From: Octopus sinensis
Taxonomy: Eukaryota
NCBI RefSeq assembly: GCF_006345805.1
Contig: NC_043009.1
Span: 38,378,001-38,442,000, forward strand
Direction of reading: 5' to 3'
Length of the DNA stretch: 64,000 nt
The notes under the pieces are model-generated. The model searched no databases. It had not been told where the DNA came from and was given only the letters and a program-made list of their open reading frames with translations. Of this stretch, positions 56,415 through 64,000 are shown piece by piece. How positions within the stretch are numbered: the first letter of the stretch is position 1; each line of letters opens with the position of its first letter. The position numbers and the translations under genes were made by a program.

Positions 56415-56653
56415 TAATAATAATAATAATAATAATGATCCTTTCTACTTAATGTACAAGGCCTGAAATTTTAGGGGATGAGTTAAGTCGATTACATGAA
56501 CCCCAGTGCGTAACTGGTACTTAATTTATTGACCCCGACAGGATGAAAAGTAAAGTCGATCTCGGTGGAATTTGATCCCAGAACATAGCGACGTGCGAAA
56601 TACCGCTAAGTATTTAGTCCAGCGTGCTAATGATTCTGCCAGCTCGCCGCCTT

Positions 56654-56655
<2 letters not shown>
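55950..56655 (-). mobile_element. Three head-to-tail full-length SINE B copies separated by (AAT)n
   Basis: Three heads and three Meta-like cores. Confidence 0.85.
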
Positions 56656-56692
<37 letters not shown>

Positions 56693-56693
56693 A

Positions 56694-56724
<31 letters not shown>

Positions 56725-58485
56725 TTATCTCATGAGAATATTTTCTTAGGATGTATAGAAGAAATCGAAATAGCTGGAATTAGAACTATGTAACAATGCT
56801 CAAAATTTATTGACTTTAACGAGAGAAAATATAAGCGGGAAATAACATTAATCTGCATATTCTTTTTTTTTCTTCTTTCGAACATATTTTAAAAAACATC
56901 TGGTTTATTGTAGGAGGTAATATCGTTGATGGTGACGACATTAATTGATAATTTCAAATTGAAACATTTCTAGGAGATACTTTTTGTTCGTATATTTCTA
57001 AATAGTCTGACAAAAATATTATCTAGAACTTTAAATTGATAACATCCATTCTTTTGGGAATTCACCAGCTGTTTTCTCACGGTTAGAGAGTTGAAGCGAC
57101 AAACGTGGAAGATATATTCAATTGAAGAGTTGATACTTGATTTGTTCTGTTTTGAAGTAATTAAAATGGTGAAATTATTATCGTATACAACATCAACTGT
57201 AATGTAGCTATGGTGGTAGCAGTAAGCGAGAATGACGGCGATGTTGGTAGGGAGGAAAAGGAAGAAATAAGCAAGAGAGAAAGAGAAGGGGGAGAGAGAG
57301 AGAGGGTGATAGAGGGAGGAGAAATAGATATAATCCATAGATGGTTTAATTCAATTTTATAAGTTTATAGTGCAAATCTGTTAATTAAGTAAATAAATAA
57401 TATAAAAGTACACAATGCACCAAAATAACCTTTTCTTCGAAATCTTGCATGATTATTCTTTCTTATATTTGATAAGGGGAATATTTCCCGAAATAATTTT
57501 GGAGTATTTCAGCATAAAACAGCCTATGAGACACAATATAATCACTTCAGTAACTTCTATTAGTTTTTATTTGTTAGCGTCACTTTATATGTTTTGCCAA
57601 ACTTCTCGCATTCCTTAAACAATTAAAAAAAATATTTATACCATAAATGTAGAAACCACGTGTTGGGTAAAACGGGTATATAACAGTTGATTTCAAAATC
57701 TTGTATTTGTGTGGTATAAATGCTTCAGACTAGTTACTGATTCCCGTTAGGAATAAAGGATTGACAGAATTCCTCTCAAAATCAAAGGATGAAATATACA
57801 GTTTCTGTTAACTTAATCAACGGCTTCTAGCACTTCTGAACAGGACATATACTACTATATTACCAGCTGATGGACTTGAAATTTATATTCAGACATACAC
57901 TTACATACACCCTTTTTGAAGCTCACACGCCAAAATTGACGCTGTAAAAACCACAAATACATCCCCGTTTATATGAAACAATTCTATATAAGACAAGTTC
58001 TAATTTATTGTCTGTGAATATCTCACGATTTTGAAAACTATTATGAAATATCAACATTAATTAAAAGAAAGCATAGTAAATTAGAAGTTCACTTCAAATT
58101 AAGTGTAAAACATCTCTATCTCAACAGACTCATACAATTAAAGCTCCATACACACTTACACAGACACATAAACACATAAATGCATGAATTAGAAAACGGT
58201 GGCGAGTGAAAATTTGTAAATAGAATTATAAGTTTTATAATGTTAAACCGACATAACGGAATAAAATAATCATTAGTGAGAGTGGGAATCGAACACACCT
58301 CATTTTTTCGCACGTGTACGAATGCCTCTTTTTCCGTTATGAGTGTTTATAATTAGACTATTTTCTATTGTTAATATACAATGAATGCTTATGATTCTAT
58401 TTCCAAAATGTATATAGATATACATGTATGATATATAAACACATACACACATATACACATGTATGTACGTACGTATGTATGTATG

Positions 58486-58585
<100 letters not shown>

Positions 58586-58710
58586 CCTGCTCGCTTAGCC
58601 AGCGGGGTGGCATCATTTGAAGGCTACAACAATGCGAAGTGCATTGTGACCAGCGATGTGTGCAACATCTGATAGCCTGGTGGGTCATGCTGGTGGTGGT
58701 GGTGGTGGTG

Positions 58711-58750
<40 letters not shown>

Positions 58751-58856
58751 TAAACCAAACAAGAAAGCACAAAAAGAAGCACAAAAAACACAACAACGCG
58801 AGGACGTGGAACAAATATAGTATTATTGGACGCTCATGAAGAAGGAAAGAAGAAGG

Positions 58857-58891
58857 GTTTAACGTTTCGAGCGGAGCTCTTCGTCGGAAAC
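58857..58891 (-). ncRNA. Minimal hammerhead-like motif (U4 read as C)
   Basis: GTTT-CCGACGA-A-GAGC-TCC-GCTC-GAAACGTT-AAAC; stems I and II pair perfectly, palindromic AACGTT stem III. Confidence 0.6.
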
Positions 58892-58958
58892 ATAGGAGAA
58901 GGAAAGATCCAGAGAAGGAAAGACAGAGGGAAAAAAAATCGCCAACGGTACACCCCCC

Positions 58959-58999
<41 letters not shown>

Positions 59000-59032
59000 C
59001 TTGACAAAGCAAAGCATCAGTTTACACACACA

Positions 59033-59082
<50 letters not shown>

Positions 59083-60366
59083 AGCATAGGGTAACATGAT
59101 CCACATCCTATATCTTAGAAGCGAGTGTTTCATTTATTTTTTTCTATCGTATTTCAGGTTCGTCTGAACAGAATATTTCTGGGCTTGTCTCTTGCTAATA
59201 GTTGAACCAGAAGGAAGTAAAGACGAGAGTAATTGCCGAAATAACCGGAGAATTTCACATAACAGAAACTTTTCGAGAGGAGGTGCGATTTTTGCATGGA
59301 TTATGGCGTGGAATTCCCAGCTACAGAAGACATTTGTCACCTTGTTTTTAAATATTTTCTTTTATTTCATTAGAAGATTTAGGCCGTTACGATGCTGGCC
59401 ATGCCACCGAGGCAGTTCTACACACATCTGGTTAAGTGTCTTTGTAGAGAATGTGTGGAATTCGATATTGATAGCTTCTTCATTTCCTACGAAGTTAAAA
59501 GTGCTTGATACTTGACGTAATATTTTTAGATTTTAATTGACAGAAAATTTTCCTCAAAACGAGTAATGTTTATTGTTAGAGTAACCCAACAAATTATTCT
59601 ACATTTTACAAATTTGAATTTGCTAATAATTCCACATAGTATAGCATCTGTTTTTCTTGCTTGTTTCACTCCAGATCGACTCGAGTAAGCAGTCTTATGA
59701 CCATTCAATCTTGATTTTATTCCGGAGCAAAGTCTAAAAAAGCCCATCATCAATGTGTGTGTGTTCTTCGGTTTTTAAGACGTTATTGTATGGTTTCAGA
59801 AAGATTTGACTGGTAGTTTGTCAAGACCAGTGATAGCGTTGAGAACATCTCTTTGGTGAAACCCAGTACCACATTTGTATATGCATCGAGATTACAGGCC
59901 TATATTTCATCTTTATGTCCTTCTTTTTTTAAAACGTTGTAATATGATTTTAGAGAGATTTGATTGGTATTTCATCAGGCCTAATGGCTGCATAGAGAAC
60001 ATCTTATTTGTGCAAACTAATGTCACATTTATAGATAGATATGTAGATAAACGTAGAGGTTTATGTTATTCTGTGAGAAAAGGATTGATATAACTTCTGA
60101 AGTCGATAAAATATAAATAAGTATTAAGAGGGAAGTAGTTACACCTGTAGAGCCACGATATAGGTAAATTGAAAGCGAATGAAATAAACCACAAAATTTC
60201 TTTCCACCTTCTCTCATATATATTTATTTCTTTTAGTGTAGGCACAGTTTGACTGAATGGATAAGAAGTTTGCTTCGCAATCACGAACACTGGATTGAAT
60301 TCCACTGGAAGGAACTAACGCAAGTGTGATTTTCTATTGGCTCGAATCATTCTATACTTTAATAAC

Positions 60367-60407
<41 letters not shown>

Positions 60408-60419
60408 TAATAATCCTTA

Positions 60420-62505
60420 ATGAGCAAAAAGGATGTAAACATGGATCCTATGGTTGTAAAGACCAGCTACCCATCAATAAGATGATCTTGGCAGATTGTC
60501 ACAAACGACATAAAAACTTGTGGATAGCATGGATAGACCACAAAATGCTTTTGATAGTCTACCACATAGCTGGATAAAGAAATGTCTGGAAATGTATAAA
60601 ATAGCACCTACTCTTCGAAACGTCTTGTCTGTAAGTATGAGATCATAAAGAACCACACTGACTTTTAACAGTGACAATGAATCTCTTAATGCTGGAGATG
60701 TAAGAATTTCATGCTGCATTTTCCAGAGTGACTCTCTATCATCACTCCTCTTTTGTCTAGCTTTAATACCTCTCAAAAAATTGCTCAATGATGTACAGTA
60801 CGGTTATAAAATGTTTGATAAAAATATAAATCATCTCATTTACATGGATGATTTAAAGCTCTTTGCAAACAAATAAATTGATCAACAACTACAGAGCTTA
60901 CTAGCGATTGCTAAACAATTCAGTGACGAAATCAGGATGTAATTTGGCCTCGATAAATGTCCAAAAGCTACCTTTAAAGAAGGAAAAATGACAGAAACAT
61001 CCAATGTTAATCTTGCCCAGCAGAATGTCATAAAGGAATTAGAACCGACGGAGAGCTATAAATACCTAGGGGTATTTGAAGGAGATGGAATGAAACATTC
61101 AGTGATGAGGGAAAGGATCAGAAGAGAACGTTATCGCAGGGTGAGAGCAATACTCGACAGAGCTGAATGCAAGAAACAGGATCAAAAAGATCAATAATTT
61201 AGCCATACCAGTCGTGACTTACAATTTCAATATCATTAACTGGTGAATTACTCAAATATGTAATCTTGACAGAAACATACGAAACTTGTTCACATGAATA
61301 GACTTCACCACCCTAAGGCAGATATACAACGAGTTTACCTGCCAAGAAAAGAGGGGGGCCGTGGAATTTTATAACTGGAATTAACAATAAAGCTTGTCAC
61401 AATTGGTCTAGACACCTACCTAAAACAAACTCTGATGGCTGGATGCTAAAACTTGTCTCACAGCATTAAAACAAGAAAGCATTATGCTCAGTAACAAAAG
61501 GGGCAAAGGAATATCTAAGTAAATTCCAAATACAACAAATCCAGAATTAGACATACTAGAAACAAGCACAGAAAAAAAACTAAGCGTATGAAAACCCGTG
61601 CTAAAATTGCTGCCTTAGATATTCTTACTGATAAATGGCAAAAAAAAGTTTCAATGGAAAATACCCGAAGAGAGCTAACAATGTCGATGTTGACAAAGTC
61701 CTTATCCATCAATGGTTAGTGTCTTCTGAATTAAAATCAGAAACAGAAGCGTTTATCACAGCAGCCCAAGATCAATACCTACCTACAGGAAACTACCAGG
61801 TCAACATATTAAAGAACGACAGTAGCCCAACAAGTCGTGTATGTCAAGAACAAAATGAAACCAATGATCATGTTGTCTCCATGTGAAGTCTTCTTGCACC
61901 TACAGAGTATCTCAACAGGCATGATAGAGCAGCACAATATATTCACTGGGTAATTTGAAAAAACCTGGACCTGTCCCATGATAAAAACTGTTGGGAAAAC
62001 AAACCACCTCCAGTGTTTGAAAATGATCACATCCCACTCCTCTGGAACTTCACCGCTCAAACTGACAGAAAGATAGATGCAAATAGGCAAGACATCATAT
62101 TGAAAGACTTCAGTCAAAAATCATGTCTCCTCATTGGTATGACTGACCCAATCGACATAAATTTATCTGTCAAGACCTACGAAAAACTGAGCAACTATAA
62201 AGATCTTGAAATGATAGCAAAAGGGGCTGATTGCTACTTAGCTCAGATACCAGGAAACCCCAAAATGGCAGAAATTCAAACGATAGTGCTCATGGGAACT
62301 GCCCATATCCTACTTAAAAGTACTGTCTATGTAATTTCAAATTCTAAAACAAACTCATAATTTTCTTGTTTTCTTAAACATTCTCTGGAACAATAGTATG
62401 TACAAAACCAATTATTTGGCACCCTAGGCATAACACCAACATGAATTTCTCTGGGTGAGACTTGGAGCCAACTTGCACAAATACAAAGCAAACGTCAAAC
62501 ATATG
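60420..62505 (+). mobile_element. 5'-truncated R4/Dong-like LINE flanked by (AAT)n on both sides
   Basis: EQKGCKHGSYGCKDQL, IFQSDSLS, HLIYMDDLKLF, YKYLG, AAQDQ, RHD, LLWNF..QTDR, GTAHIL; many stops. Confidence 0.92.
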
Positions 62506-62574
<69 letters not shown>

Positions 62575-62576
62575 TG

Positions 62577-63125
62577 CAGTACCAGGCACTGGCTCTCATG
62601 GCTTCTGATCTTAACTGATTGGAAGTGTTATCATGTACATTGTTTTGTCTTGGTATAAAAGATGGGCTACAGCAAATATTCTGCTCAATACCACAGATTT
62701 GCTTCTCAGTTGTTTGACCTTAACCAATTGAGCATGTCCCTTAGTGGCTGACGATATGTGCATCTCTGATCATGAGCAGAAGTAGTGGGGGAGCATCATA
62801 GCCATGTGTTGAGAGGGATTATTTGGGGTTTGAATAATTCACCTCTGGAAACATGGGTGGTTCTTTCAACATCCTTAAACAACCCTTATTCAGGGACCTT
62901 TTGAGCGGGATGGGCTACTTAACCTGAAGAAAATTCTAACTGGGCCCCACCTGCAAGGTCATGTGGTGTTTATCTTGATATGAGATCACCATGTCGCGCA
63001 CATATGGTTGTGATGTATGTGCCTGGTGTACCCTTATCAGACGGGTAGTCATGATGGGTATATTGGGGTTCGTATATTTTACCTCAGTGTCACTTTAATG
63101 GCATGAACTGCTCTCTCACTCAATA
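62577..63125 (+). mobile_element. Interspersed repeat family D
   Basis: Highly similar to 17612-18160, between (AAT)n tracts. Confidence 0.85.
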
Positions 63126-63229
63126 ATAATAATAATAGTAGTAGTAGTAGTAGTAGTAGTAGGATAGCAATGCAATCAATACAGTCACTAACAATGCAAG
63201 TTACTAAAATCTATTGTCGTATAATTTTT

Positions 63230-63549
63230 TTTTACTTATTTCAGTCATTGGACCGCGGCCATGCCGAGGCAACATCTTAAAGAGTTTTAGTCGAAAAGAT
63301 CCTCCTCACCAATTATTTATTTATTTTTGAAGTCTGGTTCTCATTCAAACGGCCTCTTTATTACCGAGTTGATAATTTGCGGGAATGTAAACAAACCAAC
63401 ACTGCTTGACTAGCAGTTTGTGTGTGAGAAGGACAAACACACAGACACACACACACTCATAGATACATACACATACGTTCATACATGCATACATACATAC
63501 ATACATGCATGCATGCATACATACATACAGGCAGACATACATAATTATA

Positions 63550-63586
<37 letters not shown>

Positions 63587-63770
63587 ATATATATATATAT
63601 ATGTGTGTGTATGTGTGTGTGTGTATGTATGACGCATATATGTATATAAACATCCACACACCTCACACTATCCGGCTACCAATTTCCTTCATAAGGCATT
63701 GGACGGCGGTCCGCGCAGTGAGACTGAACCCGAAACAGCGAGGTTGTAAAGCGAGCTAGCTTCTTAAGAA
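63230..63770 (-). mobile_element. Diverged SINE family C with expanded internal microsatellite
   Basis: Tail and head pieces align to 35678-36100. Confidence 0.6.
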
Positions 63771-64000
63771 TATATGAACAAACTTGCTTTACAACAAACT
63801 TTTGGAAGACTTTCACCAAGCTTTAAAATCTAAAAGTAGCAGACACAGAAAAACTGTCTGATTAAACGTAATCATCGATATATTACGCCGCTGTTAATAC
63901 TGATTGGAGCAGGTAGAAGTTCTGATTTATGGTTATTGAATGTGTTATTCATTCATCAACAATTACAAATGACCGATATTTATCAAAGTAATCGAGACAT

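Overview
AT-rich eukaryotic (animal) genomic DNA dominated by microsatellites and decayed transposable elements. The repeat complement resembles a coleoid cephalopod (Octopus-type) genome, which is inference from memory and not a database result. The window holds about ten truncated R4/Dong-like RLE-type LINEs tied to (AAT)n/(AAG)n tracts and three tRNA-derived SINE families. It also holds Penelope-like element (PLE) fragments, RTE fragments, a dead 2.8 kb hAT (Buster/Charlie-type) element and Tc1/mariner derivatives. Almost all listed ORFs are microsatellite or TE artefacts. No intact recognisable host gene is present, but three phase-0, AG/GT-bounded exons at 14933-19489 (+) splice into an unrecognised ~134-137 aa protein. 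The most unusual signals are: (1) a tRNA-like Pol III head + (AAT)n + minimal hammerhead ribozyme cassette in a PLE terminus that also occurs detached, plus other hammerhead-like motifs; (2) SINE arrays that appear to arise by insertion into their own GGTATT/AGAATC sites; (3) a perfect 64-bp fold-back; (4) an old inverted duplication just upstream of the orphan gene.
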